64,000 nucleotides of DNA from Obrimoposthia wandeli (Eukaryota), in assembly GCA_977020255.1 (NCBI GenBank), contig CDROCS010003230.1, forward strand, positions 62,001 through 126,000, read 5' to 3'. Position 1 is the first letter of the stretch. Each line of letters begins with the position of its first letter. The notes below the pieces were generated by a model. The model ran no database searches. It was given only the letters and a program-made list of their open reading frames with translations, and was not told where the DNA came from. Both the position numbers and the translations under genes were made by a program. Positions 35,701 through 50,359 of the stretch are shown piece by piece.

Positions 35701-38700
35701 TTGTCGTACCTTCAGCATAACTTACAGCTTAAAATGTTCAAAGATTGAAATACGATTTTCGAGTCTCCTTTATATTGTCACCATTTGAATTCATTTTAAC
35801 ACGACAATTCACCAATTTCAAAATAGAGATAGTTGAAAACATACAATTACAAATTATCGTTAATTACAGATTCCGTTATAAAATATTGCTAATCAAAAGA
35901 TAAAAAATGTTTTGAAATCCAAATGTGCTATATACTTTACCAGTAAATGTGTCTTAAATATAATCTTATAAATGAATTCAACTTTAAAAATTAGAAAAAC
36001 AAAACACTAGAGAGATAAAAAAATTTAACATTTTTAATTTTAAGCATAATTTATTTTAAGATATAATATGATTTTTGGTCTCTCGCTTTTCCATAGTCCG
36101 GCTTAGAGATAGTACACAGGTATTAAAAAATTGCTTGTTTATAATTACGCTACGTTTATAATTTTTTAATAATTTTTTTTCAGAAAAACATGATTTTTAA
36201 AAATCTGAATGCTGTAGCGAAAGATGAAGGAAAAAACATACAGGCAGCATGGATGATAGAATATTTATTAAATAAAATTGGCAAAGCTAAAAATAATTGT
36301 AACTTTTTTAATTCTTTGTTGTTAGATCTATTTTGCTGATTTTGATGCAGTTAATAAAGGTTCGAATAAAGGTTGTTGAGAATTTGAGATTTTTAAATTG
36401 ATGAAGTTTAAAAAACCTTATATATTAAGCAATTTAAAAGTAAAGGCTTTTGTAAATTTCCAAAATGATTTTTTGTGATAAAATTGATTATTTTAATACT
36501 TCACATTAATTAAACAAAATTTATGACAGCTCCGAAAATTACTTGCCTTACAGTATTTAAATACTATTATGCCGGCAATGATTTTTAATTTTTTCAAATT
36601 TTTTTAATGATTTTTCAACAACTGTGTATCTATATTGAACTCATGAATGTTTTCAAAGGTTTATTAACTACTTATTACTTCAAAAAATCATCAGAGCGTA
36701 TTTTATTGACAATTTTTATTTTTTAAGTTTTTTAAATGACTTAAAACTTTCTAACCACAGCACTTTTAACAAAAAGAACATATTAGAACTCCAAAAATAC
36801 ATTTATTGTTAAACTGTGTTACCTTTATTTATCAAAACGTTACAAGGTTTATTATGAAATGATTTATATACGTTGAAACCAAATCATAAATTGATATGTA
36901 CTTCAAAATAGAATTTAGATCGAGAAAAAGTACATTAAAATGTTTTTGAAGTATATCTTGACTTTAGAACGTACATCTACTTATGTTGTTTCTTCCACTA
37001 AGCCAAAAATGAATCCTTCATATGTTCAAATTTCTGGAAAAAATAGATAATACTCTTGCTTCAATGTTGGGTTAACAATTTTATTAGATTACTACCTGCT
37101 ATTTTTGTCAAAGCACTAATCCCAAGAAGTATCCTCAAATCTGAATAATTTTATTTTATACGTTAAATATATTAAATTGAAGACGAATTAGAGTTTAATA
37201 TTTGTTAAATATATTTATTAGAAGAGGAAATAAATCATGATAAATGATCAAAAGTATTGTTTTAAGTTTTTATATTTCAAATTACTTGCCTTTGAAGTTA
37301 TATAAAAATGTGATTATATATAAATTTGAGTTTGAAAATAAAATAATTTTTTTATTAACCGTTGTACTACAAGAATAAATGTCACAAAATTTAATTTTAT
37401 TTTTTAAATAAGTCAAAAGCATAAGTATTGTTAACTTAATTTTGATTTATATGAAAATATTAATATCACATCTTTATTACTAAACATATATAATAATTGT
37501 TGAATTTTTTAAACAATTTAAAAGCATTAAAAAACAAATCATTTGTTTTTTTAGTTTACAATTCCTCAGGTATACAAGTATTTGGCAGTTATGAATGATT
37601 CTTATGAAATGATATCTTATAAATAGTTAAGTTTAATTATTATTGTTTATTTTTAAATTCAGATATGCCTAACTGGGATTACTCTCTTGTTAGAATGGCT
37701 ATCAAACTTGATTTTGGAAAGTATTCAAATTTGCTTACTTTTCAATTGTATGGGTTAGACAACATGATTAGGTTATGACAAAAATCCAAAATTATCCCGA
37801 TAAAAAATTTGGTTTAAACAAATTATTTAGTCAATCATGATGATAACGAAGACAATTAAATCTTTTCCCCGTATATCATCAGTCCATCTGTATTAAGTTA
37901 AAAATATATATTTACAATTTTTATTATAATTTATTTTTGTTTTGGTAACCATGTAAAATTACAAATCTAGCTTAAAAAGAATTTTAAGTGATTTTAAAAA
38001 AATATTCTACATATACTTAAACGCATGTTCAAGTAAAACTAATTAATTTTATTATTTTCCAAGTAAAAAATATCAAAACAACAATGATTTATTTAGTACT
38101 AGTTATAATCAGTACTAGTTATAATTTAAAAAATATTTCTGATATTTATTCTATAGTGAACTTTACAATAATCTGATATATATTATTAAATGAAAGTTAT
38201 CAAAAATCATCACATGCGTTATTATATATTTATACAATATTTTTTTTAAAAAAGTTTGAAATATATTAAAAATATAATATTTGTCAAATAGTTTCTAAAG
38301 TTATTTACTATGTTAATTTAATGTAACAAATTAATTTAAAAATATTTAAATTTAAGCATTAATAACTTTTAACATAATACAGATGGGATGATAAAGTTTT
38401 TACAGAAGTTCGTATAAAATTAACATAATTTTATAGTATGAATATAAAATCAAATCGTCATTTCAAGTCAAAAAGAACGTCAATACAACTTTAAAGCTGC
38501 GTATTGAAAGAATTTTTTTGCTACTTTTCTTTGTCACATATCGACTATTTGTACTTCTGAAACTGCTATGCTTATCAACTAAATGTTTTGGAGAAAAGAA
38601 CTATCATTCTTTACTATGTATTTTCTAAATTATTTCATCAATTTGAGAAAAAAAACTATATTTGGTTAAACCTACCCCATATTGTATTTAGTTAACTTTT

Positions 38701-38951
38701 TAAATTATGTATGAGATGCAATTATTCTGTATAGACAAAATTTACATTCTGTTAATAATTTACGCATGGGCTGGCCTTTTGTTTGCATCTTCCGTGAAGC
38801 AACATTTTCATAAACAATGCACGACAGTTTGGTATTGATATTAGAAGTTAATTTGACTTTTGGTTCATTAACTGATAAATTTAAATCGGCTATTATTCTG
38901 CCAATATAAACTGTTTCAGAACCATCGTCACATATGTAGTACGATCCTGAC

Positions 38952-39125
38952 CTGAGGAAAGAAGCAGACTCCATTGATGTCGCTCTCGTGGCCCACGAAC
39001 GTCTGGACGAAACCGTTCTTTATCCGTGTGTCCCACAATCTACAGGTTTTGTCTGTGGAGCTTGTCAAGAAGATATTCGGGTCCGTTTTGCTAATATCCA
39101 GACATGTCACATCTGTCTCGTGACC
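38952..39125 (-). CDS. GNB1: G-protein beta subunit, exon 2
   Basis: GHETDVTCLD...TSSTDKTCRLWD...GHESDINGVCFFPQ. TTCAG acceptor and GTCAGG donor, both phase 0. Confidence 0.93.
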
Positions 39126-39282
39126 CTGAATAGAAGAAACGACAAGTCAAAGTGAATGGGAAAAAGTCATTAATATGATGGAATTTTGCAGTCGCCCAGC
39201 TGCCAGTGGTGACTGAAAATAGGGTCGAACAACCAAACACTACTACGGCTGAGTTTTTTGAAAGCATTATATGTAGTATGGC

Positions 39283-39490
39283 TGGCCATCACATTTAAAG
39301 GTTTGTGGTCATCCATAAATCAAAGGGTCGGGCTAAAGACAAAATCAAGTTTAAAATATCAAGGTTTTAGTACATGGTTGGAATCATCTTTAGAAGACGA
39401 ATTCATCCATAAGGGTATGTCGTCCATAAATGAAGGGTTAAAAGAAGTTTGAATTTCATAGTTTTAAGTAGATGGTTGTATTTGTCAACA
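39283..39490. repeat. Repeat whose inverted copy lies at about 42890-43110 (both in GNB intron 1)
   Basis: TGGCCATCACA...AAGACAAAATCAAGTTTAAAATATCAA...AGTACATGGT is reverse-complementary to the 42.9-43.1 kb segment. Confidence 0.75.
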
Positions 39491-41431
39491 TATTACAAGT
39501 TTAATCATGTAAAACTTTTATGGTCGTATACAAGTTAAGGGTCAGATTTGGAACAAACTTGATAATTTTATTACATGGTCAATTATGTCAAAATGAAATC
39601 ATTTAACTAATACTTGAATAAACAAACTTATTATCTGTTAACACAAAATGATATTTAAAATAAAGAATAGTTTAAGACAAAGAATATAGTATACTCGAAT
39701 GCTTTAATTTTTTTATTGTAAACAGCAGTAAACTATCAATTACTCTTTATGTAATGGAATAATACAATAATCATTTTCAACATCATAAAGTAAATATATG
39801 CAAAAAAATTCATTTGACAAGTAATTTTAGAATATTTTATTTTAAAAAATTTAAATAACATGAAAAATCACGAATATTCAAAAAATAACATAACTTTGAA
39901 ATACATGTTATTAGCAGACCCCGCCATGCAGCAATTAATTTTATAATTAAATTTTTTTTTTTTAAAGATAAAATTCACTATACACAAAACACATAAATAA
40001 TAACGTATAATTTTTTATACTGTTGAAATATATTGAATATTCTTATTATGAAATATTTGATGTTGTCAACTAATAATTAAAGTTAAAAAATTAAATATTT
40101 ATTTTGCGTTGATTATTATTGAATCATAAACTTCCTCACTTACACTGTCGCTCAATTTCTGTAACTCTAATTTGTTTTCATATTCATTAGAGACTCATTA
40201 CTTGTTTTCAAAATACTTACTCTTGCTATCACTTTGCATCATTTGAATCCATACTCACTAACTCTTATTAACTCTTTATCACTTGAGACTCTTAATTTTA
40301 CTATTTTATACGATACTTTTTTTTTATTATTTAAAAAGTTGAATAATATATTGAGGTATTAAGATCATAATCTAATAGGTTTGAACAATTTGTTTTATTT
40401 ACATATTAAACAGTTTGATTAAAGATTTGGTATTATAATTTATTGACAAATCTTTCAGTTTGTTTACTATTATTTTCATGTTTTTGGAAATAATTTTGCA
40501 ATATTCAATACACAGAGAATAAAATTGTTTTGTTGAGTTAATTTACTAAATTTGATTATATAAATATATTTTCGAATACTTAAAAAGAGAAACGAATATT
40601 GATAATTTTCAAATTATATTTATGAATATATTTTTATAACCAAGTTATTTGAAAATAACGAATTCAAATTTATCTAATAATTTTAAAATATTTCAATAAA
40701 GGAATTTTATCAAACGAGATAAAAATTTTAATTATTTAATTGCGTGAGTGTGTATGAACTGTTAACTTTAGAGCAAGTATAGGAAAGTAAAATATGTGAA
40801 AATTCACATCTTAATTATTATAATTTTCATCAGATTGTTACATTATCTTCATTGATTGATAGTATTAATTTAATAATTAGCTAGTACTCACTTGCAGTTT
40901 TACATTCACTTGCCAAGACTCTAAGACTCTTGCAATCGTATTCTTTCTTACTTGTACTTGTAGCTGCATTCATTCATACTTGTACTTACATTCCTTGTTA
41001 ATTGTACTTGCTTTTATTTACATTTACACTTGCATTAATTAATACAATCGATAATTATTTTTATTTTTCTCTCAAGAGATTTTTATTATTTTAGAAAGTC
41101 GAATAATAAATAGAAATACTAAGTTGATAATCAAATATGTACATAATTTGATTTATTTACATATAAAACAATATAATTAAAAATTTGGTATTCTACTTTT
41201 AAAAAAATCCTTCAGTAACTTTGAATAACATGCGTTTGCAAATTAATTTTCATTATTCGATACAAATAAAATACATGTATAAAATTAATTTTTGCAGTTT
41301 TAAAAATAAAATGTTTAAAAATATTTTCGAATATATAAAGTGGAAATTGGAAAATATTAATACTCAAATTATATAAATAAATATTTCTTTGAAAATAAAG
41401 AATATAAATTTATCAGATTAAAAAAAATAAA

Positions 41432-41549
41432 TTAAGGAATGTTATCAAATGAGATAAGGAATGTTATCAAATAAGATAAGAAATGTTATCAATGAGATAA
41501 GAAATGTTATCAATGAGATACGGAATGTAATCAAATAAGATAAGGAATA
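41432..41549. repeat. Minisatellite, ~22-23-bp unit (ATAAGGAATGTTATCAAATGAG), about 5 copies
   Basis: Visible tandem units. Confidence 0.85.
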
Positions 41550-44500
41550 TATATTTTTAATATTTTCATCATTATTTTAAAGCATAAATTACAAGCATAA
41601 TATAATGCAATTTTAAAAGTTATAAATATTTAACATATTTAACTTAGAGTTATAATAAATAGGTTTGTGTCTAAAGATACATTGTTTAAATACTTCAAAA
41701 GTGATAATATTAAAAAACGCGGCAATTTAAAATTTTGTGAAAATTATTAATTTTACGAACTTTTATTAAAATTTAAATTATTAAAAATCTAAAAAGAGTT
41801 TGAAATAATTAATGCAACAATTTTTTTTTAAATAATTACAAGTGAGTTAATATTTTGTATTATTTTATTAATTTAAAATAAAAAATATAATTTAGTTATT
41901 GTTTGTTGTAATTTAAATACATTTTTTTTAATATAATCTTGTATATTGTTTTTATTTTAATAATTATTTAAAATTAATTTTGATAGCAATGCATTGAAAT
42001 ATAAAATTCTTGACATTATTTTAATACAATAATTGTAAATAATAAAACGCGCAAATAAAAAATATTTTTTAAAATTTAAATCAGATTTTACAATAATAAT
42101 ATTGATCTTTCGGCTATACGTCAATAGATCATATGAAAATACTTACAAGTAAGTTGATTATTTATTAAACATTATTGATTATTGCAATTTTTAAAATTTC
42201 AATAAATTATATATTATTCTTTTATTCTATAATTATATTTTTTGATATTTATGTTTAAAATCAAATTTGTTTAATTACATCAATAGAAACAATGAAAATT
42301 TTGCGTAAATTTAAATATTCACATAAAATATTTAAAGTTTTGATTAAACATTTTGCTTAGTTTTTTATATTTAAAAAAAGTTACATTTCAATATTATATT
42401 TTTTAAAAATGTTGATTTACAAATTATTTTTTGCTTAATATTTATTTAAAATAATGCTAATTTTATATATTTTTTAAAAAAACCCACATAAATTAAAATT
42501 TGTTTAATTTTAACAAAATAATTTGGCCCAAATTAAAAAAAATAATTTTATTTTTTAAATTACAAGTATTTTTACTTTTTTATCGGGATCCCTTAATTTT
42601 ATTAAACAAAATTGTTTAATTACATTAATAAAATTAATAAATATTTTGCGTAAATTATTTTATTTATAAAAAAAAATATTAGTAAGGTACTTTAATATTT
42701 TATTTTTAAAAAATCCGTTAAATTAAAATTTGTTTAACTTTAAAAAAACTAACAAAAGAATTTGGCACAAATTTAAATTAAAAAATATTATTGTTTTTGA
42801 AATTACAAGTATTTTTTTCATCAGGATACCTAACTTATGCACAACCATATGCTGACCATTAAATTTTTAAATTATTAAACCCACAATATTTTGACAATCA
42901 CAACCATGTACTTAAAACTTTTAAATTTCAACTTTTTTACTCTTTCATTTATGGTCAATCATACCTTTACGAATGAATTCGCTTTCTAAAGATGATTCAA
43001 ACCATGTACTATAACTTTGATATTTTAAACTTGATTTTGTCTTTATCCGAACTCCTTCATCTTTGGACAACCACAACCCTTTAGATGTGATGGCCAACTA
43101 TATATGGTCACAAACATACCTTCAAACCTACAAGTTATAACTGAGTCCTACCCTTTCATATATGGACAACCACAGCCCCTTGGGTATATTGGTCGACCAT
43201 AGACGATCATAACCATATCTTCAAACCCTCATAACCTTTATCAGTCAGACCCTTTATGGTGTGACACTCTTATGGTGTGGCAAGTCACCCTTGTGAGATT
43301 GTGTACGCACACAGTGGGGTCAAGTGTTCTAGACTCCATCCTTCCTCATACTTTCATACATAAGGCTGATACATAAGAATGATATGGCACATATTGCCAA
43401 AGTCACTTTATTCCGGTTAATCTTCTTGATCCAAAAAACATCGAAGTTTTCAACTTTGTATCTGATTTTAACAGTTGGGTAATTTAAGCATCATAATTTA
43501 ATTTCCGAATCCCTCTTATCGATATCCGAGTCAGAATCATCACCGTTTCTCGTCTGTTTAGTGATGATTCAGGCCTTATAATTCTTTATTATTCCTTCCC
43601 AGTTATATTTTGAAGTATTGATGTATAAATCACAGTATAAACCTCCGAAATTTTGAAGTCAAAATGTCAACGTGAATCGTAATTATCAGGCGCACTCAGC
43701 AGGTATATTTTAAGTAGGCAAGCATGTAAATAGATAGTTCGTGTTTGTAATTGGTGAGAAGGACAGACAGGCATGCAATCAGCATGGTACTTATTTATAG
43801 ATGCTTATTACCGTACTTTCATACAAAAGGTACACTGTCGATTTGGAAGGAAATTAATGTATTTTGAGTGCGCCTTATCGCCTAGAAAAAACGGTAATCA
43901 ATTTATTATAAAACTAATGGTATGTACCATAGAGGATGAAAATAAGAAAAAGCTTCAATTTCATGTGACTCTCCAAACAAAATTAAAAACGAAACATCTT
44001 TTAATATGATCTAAAGTTGCTTTGATTGAATCTCATTTTGTAACAAGTAGAAAACCGAGTGAGTAAAATGTAGGTGAACAGCGACAATAGAATCGTATTA
44101 TTCTTCTAACTGAGGCAAAACTTAGACATGAAAAGAAATGCCTAAAAGAAAATTATTTTTGTGTAGAAATTATTTTTCATTCAATTCAAGAATCAATGGC
44201 ATGTAAGCTTTTGTATCTTTATAAAGTTAATTTTTAATTCAGATTAGTTTAAAAAATTCCAAAATTATCGGGCTAATTATCAATTAATAAAACAAAATAA
44301 AGATTTATGAACTAATATATTTAAGTAAATTTAACATTTTTTTATACTGGTAAATTTAAAGAAATGATTTTTTTTAAAACAACAAATTTTTGAAGGAGTA
44401 TTTAAAAAAAAATTGTCAACTTTCTGTGATTTAAATAAATATTGTTAATTTATTTAACCTTATTTTTCTTTTTACATAATTTATTTTGTAATTTATGCAA

Positions 44501-47500
44501 AATATTGAAAATTGTAACTTAGGTTATACATAACTATATTACTTATATATAAAAGTAGTAATCAATAATAATTTTTATTCAAATTTTTTAAATATATCTG
44601 CTGGTTTCAACTCTATAACTTTGGTACATCTTGCTTAAGTAGAAAAGTTAAATTGCAGTCAAAGTTGCAGGTTCTAAAATATGTTTTGAATGACTTTTAT
44701 CAGGCATCAAAATGTATGTAATTTGTTAGATTAATTTGCTATATTTTAACTTTCAAAACTAAAAAAATTTTAAATTAGACATAAAATAGCTGTGTACAGA
44801 AATTTAGCCGATATCTAATGAAAAGAAAATTAAAGCTCGTAAGCTAAAAGAGTGAGTGTGATATAAATGGTCAGAACGATTGTTAAGAATAATGAAAATC
44901 GACCAGCGATATAATTTAAAGTGGTATGACACAACAAACACAGACGATGCAGATCAATACAACAATTGACTTACCATGACAGTTTGAAATGGCACTGACA
45001 GTTCAAATTCACTTTTGAAGATCATTAATCATGTGTAGTCAGATTATAGAAAACTCCAATTAAGTGTTGTATAAAACACTGAATAACAAATAATAACTTT
45101 TATATTTCCATTTAACAAAAAAGCATATTTATAATTTAAATGTGTTAAATTAGTACGGGAATTTTATTTTAAAAATTCCATCTAATTAGGACATTGACAT
45201 GGTCAGAAAACACATTTTATACACAAAATAACAATTTGAAAAGTATGAAATAATATATTGAGTTATAGCAATTAATTATTAGGGACGATTTGTTACGAAA
45301 ACACAAAATCTTTGCATTTGTTTCTAATAGATTCCATTGTTGCAAACATGATCCAAGTATTTCAGCTTGTTGTTTTGAAATATTCAAACTAGCCCTGATT
45401 CCTTAGTAAAGGTTCTCTAGATACCATAATTTCATAATCTGTATCCATAATATCCTTTTTACAAAATAATATCTTCAGTATCTAGCTCTGATACAAAAAC
45501 AATCCAAATTATGGTAAAAAATTAAATAAATAAGGATCGAAATATTAAAAATGCACTTTATTAGAGATAGATTCATGATTAAATTTTTTGAACGTGATAG
45601 TGCATTTAAGTCTTCGGAATAAGGATAACTTTTCCTAAAAATGTATTTCCATCCAATTGAAATCTTTCGTGATGCACTTGTAATTAAGTGCTGAATATAC
45701 TTTAGCAAACACCATCCACTTACAGGACGTTAAAATGTTATTCTTACTAAAATACAGACATAGAAAGATTAAGTGATAGTTTAGAAGTTATCATTGGTTA
45801 ATATTCAATAAAATATATATTATTGCACAGTATTTATGATTTACAGTATTAAAATCGTATTAAATTTGTCTAGAGATGTTAAATTCAAAATTTGAAATAA
45901 TACAAAAGGAAATCAATTCAATGAAATACAATTTATTACAAGCTCTTTACGAATTTACTCTTTCCTTACGAAATCATATTTTGCACAACAGGCATTGACA
46001 AGAAACAAGCAGAACAGCTAATTGAAAGTCAATCTTTTATAGAAATTTGAAATTCCTTTAAAATATCTAAATTTTTAATTTCAAATTTTCTGTATTTGCT
46101 TAAAAAGATGTCAACACCGACATTTTGTTTACAAATTTTCGGAGGCGGCATTATTAAAAAAAATCTAATAAACATAGGAACTTATTTACAACGACTAAAC
46201 TGTTAAATTTTCATTTCGTTGTCAACGCCGATGTAGAGACGAATATTTCTATATTGAGTGGAAAACGTTTGTGTAGAAATGCCAGTACTATTGAAAGAAT
46301 GTAACACTTTAGAATTTGAGCACAACATATACATAAAGGTTGTTAAAACAGAAAAAATAAAATTATTGAAATTGTAAGCTTTTTGGAGAGTTTCAAAACA
46401 ATGGTTTTATCATGTAACGAAATTGTTTGATAGGTGTCATAACCTTTTTTGTATTTCTATTAAAATCGATTATGAAAATAAGTGAGAAATGTATTGTCTA
46501 ATTTTAGAAGCACAAAATTTGTGAATAAAATTTGCAAAAATAACTACGCTCACACGTGACAGTTTTCTATAATCATTCCCATTGACCCATTCGTTTCAAC
46601 AGCTTCGTGAGTACATGAAAACTCACGATGAAAAGTATTATCATTGTTAGACAGCATGATCACTTCGGTCAAAAAATGCATATTTTTCTGCATATTTTTG
46701 GAAAAAAATGTGCATATTTCGCATAAAAATATGCGCATAATATTGGTTGCCCTAATGATCAGGTTATGACAACATACCAAAAGCAAAAATCCAAATTTAT
46801 CGCGACAAAAAATTTGGTCAAAACAAATTATTTAATCATTCCTTTTTCATTGTCTATTAATAGTTCTTTAAAATCAACCTACATGTGTAAACAAAATTTT
46901 AAATGAACAATTAGCCGATTACATAAACATATTTCGTAATTCCAATTTTAATTTCTAAGGTATACAATTTCATCACAATATCACTTTGATTTTATATAGC
47001 TTTTTCAACTCTCTAGTGCTCATCAAAAATGAGAAAGTATTAAAGATCAAAGTTTATTGGTTAAACTTTTCCTCTGTATAAAATTCTTGAAAACTAAAAA
47101 AAAACTATATTAACTTTTATTTCATCAGTCAAAAAGCATTTATATATAGGTGTGTATAGGCAGCAGAACTGATAAAGCTTTTTTTATTTTCATATATAAT
47201 GGGGTTTCTTTGAACTTTGGATTGAGTTGTAAATTTGATGTACCATATTTTGATGCATATTTTTATATAGATTTATATTTTGATGTTGCTGATTTAGTTT
47301 TACCTAATTTGTTCTACTTTACTCAGTTCTAATTTGCATATAACACAGACTTTAAATAAGTGGAAAATTACTTAATATTGTACTCTTTAGACAAAATACA
47401 GCAAAATAAAAGAGTATTTGTGCAACTTTCAACAAACAAAAATCTTTAAAATATCAGGTTTTCCTTCTCTATGTTTTATCTCTATGTTTTTTGGATGCTT

Positions 47501-48534
47501 TGCTAGTGAATGTGAAACTCCATTCTAAGCCTAATTTTGATGGATGTAAATTTCGGATGAAAAATACCAACAGTTGCTAATGAAATGAATAGGTTGAGTA
47601 CTAAAATCAATAAAAAGAAATATCAAAATGTTTCATACTTTACACCAAAAAAAGCATAACATAAAATATAATTGTTAGACATAAAAGTGAATATACGTTT
47701 TGAAATCTTGTACACAAATTAAAATCAACGTCCTATTGGTATATCGAACTGAACTTCAATTTCTTTTGCATTTGAAATATAAAGCAAATCGGTATCTGCT
47801 TCAAGAAAGCTTCCGAATTCTTGTTCTGAAGACGTCCTAAGGTATACAATAGAAAGGGAAAGAATGAGCAATTTAATTTTAATATAGTGTAAAAAAGCAA
47901 ATGACAACATCAAAAAATCCTCTGACAAATTTAAAAATTGTATTACTAGTGGTAACAGTTTTCTTTAAAGAACATTTTTACATGTATTAATAAAAATTCT
48001 TATTTAAAGTTCTTGTTTTTATTAAGACCCTTCAATTAAAAATTTGGATATATTTTAACTTGGTGATTAACTAAATTACTATTGCAAAAATAATCATTTC
48101 CATGTAACTTTGGATATTTTCCAGTAAAGCAGTGTATAACGAATATTATAGGAACTTATTCTTTATCAGAAAAACATGATGAATGAGAAACCAAGTTAAT
48201 TGAAAGATTTATTAATATTTTCGAAAACTTCAAATAACATTACTTTAAAAATGAAAACTAACAACAGATAATGTTTTGATTGAGACAAAAAGGTCAGACA
48301 GTGCAGTGAAACGTTCACCTTTGTGCATAACAATCCGTAAGATTAAAAATACTTCTAAAAGAACGTTTAACATTTTCTTATCTATGAAGCAATATGAAGA
48401 GTTACTGAGACATCTAATAGAAGTACCACAAGTTTCAGTTATAGAGTTCATGTAAATTAATGTTTGAATGCGCTTTTAAGTAATGTGACTATTAAATTCC
48501 GGTAATCTTTAAATACTTATTGTCATTGTCCCAC

Positions 48535-49104
48535 CTTGAACTCAGTCAGTGCGGTCGATGTCTCAAGATCCCAGTGAATGCAGTTCTTGTCGCCAGAGCC
48601 GCTGATCAACTTGTCATTTGACTGGTACTGCAGGTACGATATGTAGCCGGTGTGACCACGCAGCTGGGCACAGGACTGCTCGTCATTGGTCGCCTCGATC
48701 CCGTACACGCTGACCTCGTTGTCTAGTCCGCCGCTGCACACGAACCGGTTGTCAGGACAATAGGCACAGTTCATGACCCAGTTGTTGTTGAGCTTCTTCA
48801 TATGCAGCTTGTTCCCCGAGTGAGCGTCCCACACGATCATCTTGCCGTCCTGAGAAGCGGTAACCAAATGCTGACCATCAACAGCCCAATCTAGACCATT
48901 GATTTTCGACAGATGCGACCGTAGCTGCTTTGAGATACGCATCTTCACACAGCCGAACCCCACAACCTCGATGGTGGCATCATAGAAAGTTGTATCCTGA
49001 ACTTCAAATCGAGCAGTGTCCAGCTTGTCCTTCACGTCCTCGATTTCCTCGATTAGCTGCTTCTCTTCCGGTGAAAGCTCATCTTCGTCTGTCACCGACT
49101 CCAT
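48535..49104 (-). CDS. GNB1: G-protein beta subunit, exon 1 (361 aa in total over three exons)
   Basis: N-terminal coiled coil, HLSKI..LDW, ASQDGK.IVWD, WVMNCAY, SGGLDN, GHTGYIS, SGSGD. AAG/GTGGGA donor. Confidence 0.93.
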
Positions 49105-50359
49105 AGAAACAGTATGCACAGAAGAAGCCTAGTGAGAGTCACACAACACTGTCAAAGGTGTCAGATTTCTACTGGAGCACTGTCCAATTCATGGTCGTAC
49201 AACACAATCACCGTCAACAACAAACAGTGCGAAGGTAATCTCAAATAACATTTACCAACCAATTGTGTCTTTGGTGTTGTGCATTTCAGTCGAATTTGAC
49301 AAAATCAATAACAATATACAGTCTCGTCATCATTACATACATACACTGTCATGAGAGACACACCTACAACGACTCTGTAGAATTTGCATACAGACTTAAG
49401 ATGAATATGGTAGACACTTAATACACACACACAAGCATGTTGAAATCGTTGTTGAGAGTATACTCACTTAGTACAAAGTGAGACTAGTTTACTAATGAAA
49501 ATGTACGACTGATAATATTGAGTAGTACTGTCTTAATAAACATATATGAAAGTTTACTTTTTGGTTGTTATTTTCAACCACTTTTCTTAATTATTTGAAA
49601 ATTTGATGTTACAAAAATATTATTTTAAAAGAAAATGATGAGACTGAGAAAACGAAATTATTCATGAAGTGCAGAAATTTGCATTTTCTTCAACCATCGA
49701 CTCGACAAATATATGCAAATTGTTTATTGAAAAATACGAATTTTGATGAGTTGATCAGAAGTCAAAATATTTCTTTGATTTTTCTACTTTTTTCATTGAT
49801 ACTTTTAGAGTTCTTTGGATATTGCATTTTTTTTCATATTTGATCGAATTCGTTGGTTAAAACGTTAATTTATTATTGCTTTCAGTCAGCAGGACGTAAA
49901 CAATTTCCGCGAAAACTTCTGGACTTACAGACCTATAGTTAAATATATATTAAGTTAGATTCTGCGCAGATAACTACCAAAATCGCGCCCTCCGGGCGCT
50001 ACAGAATTTTTCATTAACTTTATCCATATACACATAACCCCTCTCACTATTACAACTACACGTGTACATATCGTGTCATATCACTATAAATTATGAATTC
50101 ATAAAGTCTATTTTTAACACATTTTTGAAAAAATTAATACCAATTATTTTACTTTAAATTTTACCGCTAATCTCAAAGGTGTTTAGAGAATACCACGGGA
50201 ATCCATATTGACCCCGCTGGCTTATCGCAGACGAGATTTCAAATAATATGTTTACGTGAATATATTATTACTATTTTAGAAAGATTTTAGATTAATAATT
50301 TATGAGATAAAAATTAGGTAAGATACGAGAAAATACGTTTAGGTAAGATTTATAAGAGA

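Noticed and set aside
49985-49999. GC hairpin GCGCCC-TCC-GGGCGC resembling a Helitron 3' end
   Set aside because: No CTRR terminus at the expected distance and no other Helitron features.
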